A DNA stretch of 64,000 nucleotides, taken from NCBI GenBank assembly GCA_964016885.1, contig OZ024740.1:323454001-323518000 (forward strand), read 5' to 3'. Below the pieces are notes generated by a model, which was not told the origin of the DNA, ran no database searches, and saw only the letters and a program-made list of their open reading frames with translations. Below are positions 24,480 to 37,034 of the stretch, piece after piece; position 1 is the first letter of the stretch, and every line of letters begins with the position of its first letter. This DNA comes from Eledone cirrhosa. Taxonomy: Eukaryota. The translations under genes and the position numbers were made by a program.

Positions 24480-26428
24480 CTATGTCAGATAGAACCACGA
24501 AAACAATGTTCCCCGTCGTCTTTCTATTGCTTACATTATCTGAAATGTTTCAACTCCTGACAGAATATAAGAAGAGATCGTCAGATGACATCAACGAAAC
24601 AATGTTTTCATTGGTTTTTCTATTGCTGTTGCTATATACCAGTCACAACACCTGACAGAAGAAATGATCCAATATTCAGATCAAACGAAGGAAACAAAGT
24701 TTCCATTGGTTGTTTCATTGATGATACTATCAGCCGAGCGCAATGCCTGACCAAGGACCAAAGAAACAATGTTTCCATTGATCTTTCCGATGCTGATACT
24801 ATCTAACGATCACTAATCTCGACCAAGGACCAACGAAGCAATGGTTACATTGGTTTTTCTGTTGCTGATACTATCTACCGATCACTAATCTCGACCAAGG
24901 ACCAAAGAAGCAATGGTTACATTGGTTTTTCTGTTGCTGATACTATCTACCGATCACAATTCCTGACCCACGGATCAACGGAATAATGTGTCTATTGGTC
25001 GATCCATTCATGATACTATCTGCCGATCACAATTCCTGACCAACAGATCAACGGAATAATGTGTCTATTGGTCGTTCCATTCATGATACTATCTACCGAT
25101 CACAATTCCTGACCAACAGATCAACGGAATAATGTGTCTATTGGTCGTTCCATTCATGATACTATCTACCGATCACAATTCCTGACCAACAGATCAACGG
25201 AATAATGTGTCTATTGGTTGTTCCATTCATGATACTATCTACCGATCACAATTCCTGACCAACAGATCAACGGAATAATGTGTCTATTGGTCGTTCCATT
25301 CATGATACTATCTACCGATCACAATTCCTGACCAACAGATCAACGGAATAATGTGTCTATTGGTTGTTCCATTCATTATACTATCTACCGATCACAATTC
25401 CTGACCAACAGATCAACGGAATAATGTGTCTATTGGTCGTTCCATTCATGATACTATCTACCGATCACAATTCCTGACCAACGGATCAACGGAATAATGT
25501 GTCTATTGGTTGTTCCATTCATGATACTATCTACCGATCACAATTCCTGACCAACAGATCAACGGAATAATGTGTCTATTGGTTGTTCCATTCATGATAC
25601 TATCTACCGATCACAATTCCTGACCAACAGATCAACGGAATAATGTGTCTATTGGTTGTTCCATTCATGATACTATCTACCGATCACAATTCCTGACCAA
25701 CAGATCAACGGAATAATGTGTCTATTGGTTGTTCCATTCATGATACTATCTACCGATCACAATTCCTGACCAACAGATCAACGGAATAATGTGTCTATTG
25801 GTTGTTCCATTCATGATACTATCTACCGATCACAATTCCTGACCAACAGATCAACGGAATAATGTGTCTATTGGTTGTTCCATTCATGATACTATCTACC
25901 GATCACAATTCCTGACCAACAGATCAACGGAATAATGTGTCTATTGGTTGTTCCATTCATTATACTATCTACCGATCACAATTCCTGACCAACAGATCAA
26001 CGGAATAATGTGTCTATTGGTTGTTCCATTCATGATACTATCTGCCGATCACAATTCCTGACCAACAGATCAACGGAATAATGTGTCTATTGGTTGTTCC
26101 ATTCATGATACTATCTGCCGATCACAATTCCTGACCAACAGATCAACGGAATAATGTGTCTATTGGTTGTTCCATTCATGATACTATCTGCCGATCACAA
26201 TTCCTGACCAACAGATCAACGGAATAATGTGTCTATTGGTTGTTCCATTCATGATACTATCTACCGATCACAATTCCTGACCAACAGATCAACGGAATAA
26301 TGTGTCTATTGGTTGTTCCATTCATGATACTATCTACCGATCACAATTCCTGACCAACAGATCAACGGAATAATGTGTCTATTGGTTGTTCCATTCATGA
26401 TACTATCTGCCGATCACAATTCCTGACA
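24480..26428. repeat. 73-bp tandem satellite: 20 homogeneous units plus a partial (24950-26428) and diverged units upstream
   Basis: Unit ccgatcacaattcctgaccaacagatcaacggaataatgtgtctattggttgttccattcatgatactatcta; starts at 24950, 25023, 25096 ... 26410. Confidence 0.97.
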
Positions 26429-26429
26429 A

Positions 26430-26548
26430 AATGAGTAACATGAAGGTATTTTGCGCAAGAACACAACGCTCCGCCCGGTCCAGAAATCGAAGTTACGTCT
26501 GATGATCGTAATTTTACCACATTTACCTTTAGGCCAGGAACCTTCGTG
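26430..26548 (-). mobile_element. Degenerate tRNA/CORE-like SINE fragment
   Basis: Similar to 42030-42178 and 51690-51826. Confidence 0.5.
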
Positions 26549-27084
26549 GTTATCTGAAACCATCCTTTAGTCTGTCGCTCTTCTGTGTATCTGTGTCTAT
26601 GTATATATATGCGTATATGTGTGTATATGAATGGTTATTTTAATGTTTGTGTATGAATGGATATGTGTGTATATTTCAACCAGTGTACGTATATATGTGT
26701 ATGTGTGTGTGTATGTGCTATCCCGTTGATCGAAAACATGGAGCATTCATCATCCAAGCCGATGGAGGTCCATTCCATAAGTGGTAGTAAAAAACCGGAC
26801 AATGGCTTATTGTGGTTAATACAATGCACTCTTTAGTCAACTGGGCATTCTAGATAACATTTATTATCCTTAACACTATGACATCACTGGTTACACAATA
26901 GAACGTTTCCATTAGTCACAATATATTGGTTGTATTCACTGAGAATGCCCTCCTTTTAACAAATAACGTTGTTGTTAGTGTTGTTGTTGTTAACGGGTTC
27001 GATTGACAATTGCATCTGAAGATCAATATTTAACCCCACTGACCCATACATATTATTTCATTATCCCACTATACTCAATAACAA

Positions 27085-27596
27085 CAGTAGCATCATCATC
27101 AACATCGTCATCATCATCATCATCATCATCCACCATCACCGCCACTAACACCACTCCCACCATCATCACCACAATCATCATCATCAACACAACACCACCG
27201 CCACCACCACCACTACCATGATCATCACAATCATCATCATCATCATCATCATCATCACCACCAGCACCATCATCACCACAATCATCATCATGACCACACC
27301 ACCAGCGCCACCACCACACCACCACCACACCCCCACCATCATCACCGTCATCACCACCATCATCATCATCATCATCATCACCACAATTATCACCATCATC
27401 ATAACCATCACCAGCACCACTACCATCATCATCATCGCCATTATCATTATCAAACCCATCACACTATCCACCACCATTCCCCACCACCACCATCATCACC
27501 ACCACCACCACCATCACCACAACCACCACCACCACCACCACTATAATCATCATCATCATTGTCAAAACCATCACACTCTCCACCACCATCACCACA

Positions 27597-27643
<47 letters not shown>

Positions 27644-28860
27644 TATCATTATTAAAACCATCACGCTCTCCACCACTATCACTACCACCATTACCACCAT
27701 TACCACAACCATCACGCTCTCCACCACCATCACTACAACCATCATCACCACCACCATAGCCATCACTACCACCATCTGTACAGACACTATTATCACCACT
27801 ACCACAACCACCACAACCACCACAACCACAACTACAACCACCATAACTATCACAACCTCCACCACCACCATCTGTAAAGACACTATTACCACCAACACCA
27901 CCACCACCACCACAACCACCACCACAACCACCACCACAACCATCACAACCCCCACCACCACCAACTGTACCGACACTATTAATACCACCCACGCAATCTC
28001 ACTGATATTTTAAACACCCGTACTAACTCTATTAACGCCATTTTTAATATCATTGAATCACTCGTTTACCGCAACCATCCCACCATCCTACCACCCCCAC
28101 TTGACCACATCACTACACCAACACTACTCCACCTCTCCGCAGCAAATAATACAGACAATGACAACAGTTACCTATCGCTGCCACCAACACCACCACCACC
28201 ACCACCACCACCACACCAACACCAACACCACCACCACCACTACCACCACCACCGCCAACAACACCACCACCACCACCACCACTACCACCACAACCACCAA
28301 CACCACCACCACCACCACTACCACCACCACCACCAACACCACCACTTCCACCACCACCACCACCACCACTTCCACCACCACCACCACCATTACCACCACC
28401 ACTACCACCACTTCCACCACCACCACCACCACTAGCAGCACCACCACCACTATCACCACCACCAACACCACCACTTCCACCACCAACACCACCACTTCCA
28501 CCACCACCACCACCTCCACCACCACCACCACCACCACCACCACCACCACCACTACCACCACCACCACCACCATCATCACCACCACCACCACTACCACCAC
28601 CACCATCACTACCAGCACCACCACCACCACCATCACCACCATCACCACCACCACCACCAGAACCACTACCACTACCACTACAACCATTAACATTATGAAT
28701 ACATCACTAACACCACCACCAATATCACCAACACCAACGCCACCAACATCAATGTCTGTACTACTATAACAAGCGCCCCTTCCATGACTACCTCATCAAT
28801 ATAAATACCTCCCACCAACCACAAACACCATCTCTACCATTAACACTACTACATCACTAT
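27085..28860. repeat. Compound (CAT)n/(CAC)n trinucleotide low-complexity tract
   Basis: Direct inspection. Confidence 0.95.
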
Positions 28861-29181
28861 TATTGGCAGGGGCATGGCTGTATGGTTAAGTGGTTCGGTT
28901 CGCAAATTCCGTTATAACGAATTTTTCAGTATAACGGAAAATTTTTCAATCCCCGGCCACAAGCTTATTACGTTATAACGAAATTCTTTACGAATATTTC
29001 AGTACAACGAACGAACATTGAACCCAAGCAGCCAAAATGCCTTGCTACAAGGAAAAAGAAATTCGACACACTTCGGGCTGGCCTATGTCATGTGAGTGAG
29101 ATTTATTAGAGGGATACTGTAGCCGATCACATGAGTGTAGCCGATCACTTGAGTGTGTGTTTATGTCCCGTATCTTAGCAA

Positions 29182-29182
<1 letters not shown>

Positions 29183-29225
<43 letters not shown>

Positions 29226-29284
29226 ATACACATACACACACATACACATACACACATACACACACACACACACACATACACATA

Positions 29285-29323
<39 letters not shown>

Positions 29324-29430
29324 ATACACACACACACACACATACACACACATACACACACACACACACAGACACACATACACACACAGAGACACATACA
29401 CACACACAGACACACACACACACACAGACG

Positions 29431-29496
<66 letters not shown>

Positions 29497-29615
29497 GACA
29501 CAGAGACACACAGAAACACACACAGACACATACACATACACAGACACACACACACACACACACATACACATACACACATACACCCACACACCCAGCCACA
29601 CACACACACACACAC
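29183..29615. repeat. Imperfect (CA)n microsatellite
   Basis: Direct inspection. Confidence 0.95.
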
Positions 29616-31333
29616 TGAAAACAGTAAACGATTAAATGAACAAAAGAATAATAGTCTTATTTACGGGCATTAATGTTGTTTTACCAATATTGGACATAGC
29701 GTTCTATAATGTTCCTTTCGAGATGTGCTGAAGTAATTTGAAGAAACGTTATTACAATATCAGTTGTACCATTATAACAGGATTTGAAGACAAATTATCT
29801 CAAGAAAGACTATTTTGATGTCTCGCAGTGGCATCTTTAGTGATAGGCGGATATACTCGTTCTCAACTGACATTTCGTTCTGGGTCATTTCTCAACCATA
29901 CCTCAAAAACTACTTCTGTTAGCATGCTAAACTCAGTGAATAACTGGACACTTGGAGAGAAAATGGGCACCGCAAAGCAATTCTAAGGCCCACTGAAATG
30001 CCATGATAAACACACATTCAAACGTCTACAGTGACACCCCAACGACAGGCTGCACCAGCTAAGGGAACTTGATTCATTGATTGATTCAACGTTATAATAT
30101 TAATATTTCCCTAAAATAGACAACGAAATATTTTATGATGATTTTATAACGTAACAAATTTCTGTTTTCGGAACTCAAGTAACGCCATTCCAACAAGCCG
30201 TTCATCCAGTATTTCTTTCTTAATTTTGAATATGATAATTGCCTGTAATATTTTGATCTATTCATAGCTCAGTATTGAAATATATTATGCTCAAATTTCC
30301 TCAATCTACTATCAAGGAAACGATAGATAATACTCTATCCAGTCTTGAAATAACGTTTCTTTCTTTAATACAAAAACAGTCGATAATGCTACATCCAGTA
30401 TTGAAATAACGTTACTTTAAATCGTTTTGCTTTACTTTCAAAGAAACAGTGGGTATTGAAATGGATTCTACTTTATATGAATTAGTAAAACTGGTCACTA
30501 AATAGTACTTTATCAAATCTGTTCAAATGGTCATGTGGTAAGAGCTTTATATTTTGAGCACAAATGACCGCGTTTACAATGGAGAGGAGGTATGGCCGAA
30601 ATTAAACGGACCTATGTAGGCACTTAGATGCATAGTTCTTAGATGTTTTTTTTTTTATTGATTTTGACATTAGTTTTCTATATATCATGTTGAAGGTGAT
30701 TGTGATGATGAAAGTGGCGACATCTTGATTGATGAGAAGAGTTGTCTAACGTGAAAATCTCCATATTCAGGTCATCTTACTGACAATAGCAAAATGAGTT
30801 TCTTTCCAGAGCAATGTAATAAATAGTTAATACAAAAGGCAACACAAGAGATTTAGTATGATTAACATTAAGAGAACAACACACTCTAAGTTTCTTAATT
30901 CGCTTGGGTCACATAAGCATATAACCAGACATGAACATTAACAAACACACGCGTAGGCATATATACATCTAATCTGAAACACTCATACTCATCTGAACCA
31001 CGTATTCATGCACTTATTTAGAAAATCATACACTTTTTTCAATACATTTTGCCATCACATGCATAGGTTTCTAAACACGCACACATCAATTTACACCTAT
31101 TCATATAAACACAAATACACAAATACACACATAAAAAATCACACACTCACACACACACAGTACTATTTCCTAAACATTTGATATTCAACCTACCTTAACA
31201 TTTCCTACATAATTATTTCTGTTCTATTAAGTAACGACCCAATTTAATTTGACAGCGATAAACACAGCCGAGTAAACTAACCGTCAATATATTATTGCTT
31301 AACCACTCCATTACAGTATTTCTAATGAAAGCC

Positions 31334-31374
31334 ACTGCTTATGAACTTCAAAGATTGTTTTAAATAATCAAATA

Positions 31375-31468
<94 letters not shown>

Positions 31469-31513
31469 CACAAATACTTGATTATTTAAAAAAATCTTTG
31501 ACGTTCATAAGCA

Positions 31514-31560
<47 letters not shown>

Positions 31561-31940
31561 AAATTAAATTAAGGGTGTCATGTCTGAGAGACATGCGCCA
31601 TATCCACTGCAGAATAAGCTCAAAGATTCCAATGAATAGATCCGAGCATTTTATATCAACTAGAAATAGATTGATATATATATATATAAAAAATAAACAT
31701 ATGAAACGATCACAGGGAATAATTTGTAAAGTGTGTAAGCACACCTACCTAGCTATGTGTGCTTACACACTTTATAAATTATTCCCTCTGATTGTTTCAT
31801 ATCTTTATTTTATATATATATATGACCAATCTATTTCTAGTTGATATATATATATATACACGTGTGTGTGTGTGTATATATATACACACACAAATACTTG
31901 ATTATTTAAAAAGATCTTTGACGTTCATAAGCAGTATCTA
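31334..31940. repeat. Nested inverted/direct repeat cassette around microsatellites
   Basis: caaatacttgattatttaaaa..tctttgacgttcataagcagt at about 31470 and 31890, inverted at 31334-31378; inner hairpin 31652-31744 / 31757-31848. Confidence 0.8.
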
Positions 31941-32281
31941 TATATATACATACACAGGTTCATTCTGTCATTTCTTTCTTTAACTATCCTATCTTTTCAC
32001 TTTTAATTTTTTCATTTAACCGACTCTTAAGAGTTATTTATTAATAATACATTCCCTATTTTATCCCTCTATCTTAACCCTCACTTTCTAGGCCATTCTC
32101 CCGATTTTGTGACTAACTTAATAATCTTTCATCATGTTCCTTATAAACCCCTTCTTTTTAATTATTTTAATTTTAATTTCTATCTATATTGTTTTATTTC
32201 TATTTATTTTTTTACTGGTATAATTAGTATTCCTATTGCTCCATCTCTGGTGGCCATAGCACACATTATTACAACTTCAGG

Positions 32282-32452
32282 GAGTATCGGTAGAGCGTCA
32301 GACACCATGCTTTGTAGCATAGTTATAGCCCAATACGTTCTGAGTTCAAATCCGCTGAGGTTAACTTTGCCTTTAATCCTTACGAGGTCCTAAAATAAAG
32401 TACCAGAGATGCACTGGGGTAATCGCTGGTCTTGTGCCAAAAGTAGAAACTC
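32282..32452 (+). mobile_element. tRNA-derived SINE
   Basis: Same family as 4428-4602. Confidence 0.8.
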
Positions 32453-33427
32453 TATTTATACTCCCTGTAACTCACTTATATTTATAATTATTTATAATAC
32501 ACTTCCTATAGTATCCCTCTACCTTATTCTTTTTAGTATTAGCTGTCACTTTCTAGACCTTTCTCCTCCTTTTGTGACTTTTATATACTCTTTGACCATT
32601 TTCTTTATATACCCCTTCTTTTATATTATCTTAATTTGTATCAATATTTTTTTAATTTTTAATCTTTTTATTCTTATAATTAGTATTTCTATTACCATAT
32701 GTCCTTTTGCTTTAGCATAACTTATTTACACCTATTTTCTTTCCACCCTTTTAATATTTCTTTTTCTTCTTCACTCTATTTCTTCACACCTATGTATGAC
32801 CCTCGACCTAGATCTTCCTTCAACACTGTATCAAGTTAACCACTAGAGGAACAGTTGTCTAATAATTTGATCTCTTACACTCTGGTATATATATCCTGAC
32901 CAGTAAATATAATAATATTACTTTATTCTTTTTTATCTATCATTTTCTTCCCCTTTAATTCATAGTATACTTTATTATCTTTCCCCCATTATGTTAGTAT
33001 ATATCACTTCCTCTAATTTTGTTTTTGTTTTTAATGATACCTCACATATTAACCCTCTTGATTAATTTTACACGATATTTCTTTCCACACATGTATTCAT
33101 TTTTTTTTTCTACCGTTTAATATTATACTAACACATATCTTCCTTCATTTAAATATTTAAAATACTTCATTTGTAATTCTATTAATTATCTCCCTTTCAT
33201 CATAGTGATGCCCCTTTCTATATATATACCTGCTTATTTCCTGTTTCATAGCTCCCATCTTTTTAAACGGTTAACTTCTTCGAATTTAAAATCTACTCTA
33301 ATTCTGCTTCCATCATTCATGTGTTGACTGGGATGCTTCGTGTTTTACATTTATTGTAGACCCTATCTTCAGTGACATGTATTTTTGAATTTTATATTTA
33401 TTTTATCATCATGAGATTATATCATTA

Positions 33428-33602
33428 TTGGCAGTATCGGTAGAGGGTCGGACGCCTTGCTTTCCAGCATAGTTACGTCCCTTTACGATCTGAGTTCAAA
33501 GCCCGCCGAGGTTCACTTACATCCTTACGGGGTCGATAAAATAAAGTACCAGTAATGCACTGTGTATTTGCTGGCCTTGTGCCTAACGTAGAAACAATTA
33601 TT
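33428..33602 (+). mobile_element. tRNA-derived SINE
   Basis: Same family as 4428-4602. Confidence 0.85.
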
Positions 33603-33750
33603 TTCATTTTATTATCATTTGCTCTTATCGATTCTGTAATTGATCATTTTCATCTGAATGTGCTGAATGGTGATATGATTTTTGAAACAATTGTAAACTA
33701 TTAAATATATTTGTTCAAGAATTTGGTATTGTTTTCTCTAACATTTAATT

Positions 33751-33831
<81 letters not shown>

Positions 33832-35284
33832 TATATATATGCGTGTGTGTGTGTGTATGTATATATATATATATGTACGTGTATGTGTGTATAAAGTCTA
33901 TACCCATTATGAAAGCTGAAATCTAAAGTAATGTCTATGCATCAAAAGAAATTATGTGAACATTTGAATATCTCGAATATTTCACAGAAATCAAAATACA
34001 AGGCAGGATAACGAATAGCTGAAATACCTCTGGTGGGTATATGAAGGAAATTTAACATAGCTACTGTTTTGTATGATTATAGTAGTAACACTATGATATA
34101 ACCACAACATTAAACATTGTACAGTTGCCAAACATTAACAACAGCTTTCTGCTATATAACGAGCTTATATATGATTAAATTATACAACGTTAAGAAGTCA
34201 TGAGTTGACCTTAGTGACTGTTAAAGCTTTTCGTAAGAGAGACAATCAAAAATGAAATAAAGGGATGTAATTAATAGCCAGTTAGAATTAATTCGCAATC
34301 ATCTAATACTTTGGAATTTCGCACATTTAGAAAGAGGATTGTCTCTCAGCTTACAGTAATCGATATATTATCTACTCACTATTTAATATTTCTTTGGAAA
34401 CCAATACTAATTATTTAATATTTCCTGAAAACCAATACTCGTAGCTATGTATTCAAGAACTTCACACTTCACAGAGAAAGATTTTTTTCTATTTATATTA
34501 ATGTTAATATTATCGGCGAATAAAATGTCATTGCGGTATATGTTCTGATTCTGTGTTCAAATGTTGCTGAGACAAACGTTGCATCCCTTCCCTGGTTGAT
34601 AAAATAAAGTAGTACGCAAGTACTAGCACTAATATAAACAACTTTGTTTTTCATCGAAATTAAAAATCCATGTTATTTTAGTTTATATACTTATATTGTT
34701 CCAGACCTGTCAACTCTCCCCGTCCGACGAGGAGATCTTCGACCCACTTTGGGGTCGGTGAGAAATGTTTTCCCTTGTAAAAATGGGTATAGCTTTCATT
34801 ATGTAAAATCTCGCCATTTTGCCTCATTTCCCACCGTTTTGGGGCACGTTTTTTCATGATACTACCCGTTTGGGTGTTTAGAGGTTGGCAGATCTGTTGT
34901 TGCCGATATAAAACCTTAAACTGTGTTGTATTCACACGAAAAGACGAAATGTTAAAAGAATGGAAGTAAAATTAATTATCAAACTATACATGAATTGAAA
35001 ATGAACTTTTCTTAAACTTCAGTTGTAATTAACAAATGTCTCAGTATTTGAAACCATCCTTTAATACATGGTCTTTTTGTTTGTGTGTGGTTGTGGTGGT
35101 GTATATGTGTTTCTGTATGTGGGGCTGCGTATGTGTATGTGTTTGTGTGTGAGCTCGTATGGGTGTATCTATTTGCGTGTATCTATTTGCGTATGTTATT
35201 TGAAACTTCATTTAATCCTTTGTCCATCTGAATGTATGTGTGCACGTGAGTGTGATTATATGTATGTGTAAGTATGTGAGTGTG

Positions 35285-35610
35285 AGGGCGTGTGATTTAG
35301 TGTTTAGGCTATTTGGCGCTGACCTTACGGTTGTGAATTCGGTTCACGGTCACGTGTTGGTCCCTTGAACAAGGCACTTCATTTCACGCTGCTCTAATTC
35401 CTTCAGATAGACTAATGAGTTATATCTGTAATTCAAAGAAGCAGCTATGTTTCACATTGTGTCTCGTTGGATTCTTCTGTGAATTACATTATATATGTAC
35501 AAGTGTTTGTGGATGGTTCAGCCACTTATATATTAATTTGACGAGCAGGTAATACCATTGATCGAACAACTGGAACACTCGTCCTCGGTACCGACGCAGA
35601 TCCAACACAT
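35285..35610 (+). mobile_element. tRNA/CORE-like SINE, long form
   Basis: gagggcgtgtgatttagtgtttagg..gtcccttgaacaaggcacttcatttcacgctgctc; same head as 42030-42178. Confidence 0.6.
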
Positions 35611-35769
35611 ACACACGTGTGTTTGTAGATACGTGTGTCTGATGAGAACCCTGGTTTTAACCACTTCTGTTACAATCCAGAGTCTTCCACCGTGAAAATC
35701 AAATATTGTTGAAAATCATATCAACATATATCACAGGCACAGACACACATACACACACATTTATATATG

Positions 35770-35853
<84 letters not shown>

Positions 35854-36320
35854 TATTCTGTGGTGACAGTCAAGTTTACAATTTTCAAAATTGCAAACTT
35901 GATTGTCACCACAGAATATGAACCTAAAGATTGCGAAAGCATGAAAGTACTTGTTCAATTAACACTTAACATTTAATATTCTACCATACTATTTCATTCT
36001 AATACCATTATAAATTTTAAAGGATTGTAAATAAAACGAGTAAATCAGAAAGTTGGAATTCCTTTTATTAATATAATCTTCTACACAATCATACACACCC
36101 GTGTGTATATATATATATATATATATATAGTATGTAGATAAATCTACCAAAATGTACGGTAGTGTCCAATCCGTATGAAGAACTCAATGTAATCCGAATA
36201 TCATGAAAAGAGAAGATGTATTCAAAAATTCTTTTCGATGAAAAATACAGGAAAACAGAGTCAAGATAAATTAATAAAAATAATGAATAAACAAAGAAAC
36301 AGTTCCTTATATTAAAAAAT

Positions 36321-36458
36321 TCATCATTTTACGATCGTTTCTAGGATATATATGTTAGTGTTGGTATGCATATCATATAGATCTATGTAACATTTTTACA
36401 AACTATCAGAAGGAATATACATACCTACACATATATATGCTGTCTTCAGAAATAATGA
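36321..36458 (-). ncRNA. Type I hammerhead ribozyme with long stem II
   Basis: Reverse complement of 36563-36700. Confidence 0.75.
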
Positions 36459-36562
36459 TATTTGTTTATTGAAAAAAACCAACAAAGATTTAATACAATA
36501 GGTCTGTTTGGGAACAGACCTATTGTATTAAATCTTTGTTGGTTTTTTTCAATAAACAAATA

Positions 36563-36700
36563 TCATTATTTCTGAAGACAGCATATATATGTGTAGGTAT
36601 GTATATTCCTTCTGATAGTTTGTAAAAATGTTACATAGATCTATATGATATGCATACCAACACTAACATATATATCCTAGAAACGATCGTAAAATGATGA
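36563..36700 (+). ncRNA. Type I hammerhead ribozyme with about 100-nt stem II region
   Basis: tcattattt CTGAAGA ... GAAA cgatcg TA aaatgatga; 9-bp stem I, palindromic stem III. Confidence 0.75.
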
Positions 36701-36749
36701 ATTTTTTAATATAAGGAACTGTTTCTTTGTTTATTCATTATTTTTATTA

Positions 36750-36788
<39 letters not shown>

Positions 36789-36794
36789 TATATA

Positions 36795-36976
36795 GTAATA
36801 ATAATAAATTTGAAGACTAAAATCCAAAGAGGGCTCGATAAGGATAAATATATATCAAATATATAAGAACCCTAGAGCAAATATTTATTAAAATAACAGA
36901 TTAAAGTTTAAGCAAAGAATCGCTGCTTTCCCCCTTAACGGAATCTTCTGAAACTACAAAAATGGCAGAAACAACA

Positions 36977-36980
<4 letters not shown>
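36795..36980 (-). mobile_element. Solo PLE pLTR end (family of 11497)
   Basis: Near-identical to 11497-11651; (TA)n both sides. Confidence 0.8.

Positions 36981-37030
<50 letters not shown>

Positions 37031-37034
<4 letters not shown>

Larger units (their letters stand above)
36130..36755 (-). mobile_element. Perfect palindromic hammerhead element (243-bp arms, 4-nt loop) with tail
   Basis: 36266-36508 is the reverse complement of 36513-36755; tail 36130-36265; (TA)n flanks. Confidence 0.9.

Noticed and set aside
24950-26428. 73-bp array as CRISPR
   Set aside because: No unique spacers, no cas genes, eukaryotic context
28905-30180. Tigger-like transposon (repeated cgttataacga motifs)
   Set aside because: Could not define both TIRs, a TSD or a transposase frame
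33645-33705. CTGAATG...GAAA caattg TA near a TA run
   Set aside because: Palindromic stem III and position fit a decayed hammerhead, but core and stem I are broken; not counted
35639-35700. CTGATGAG...GAAA
   Set aside because: Stems I and III do not form convincingly
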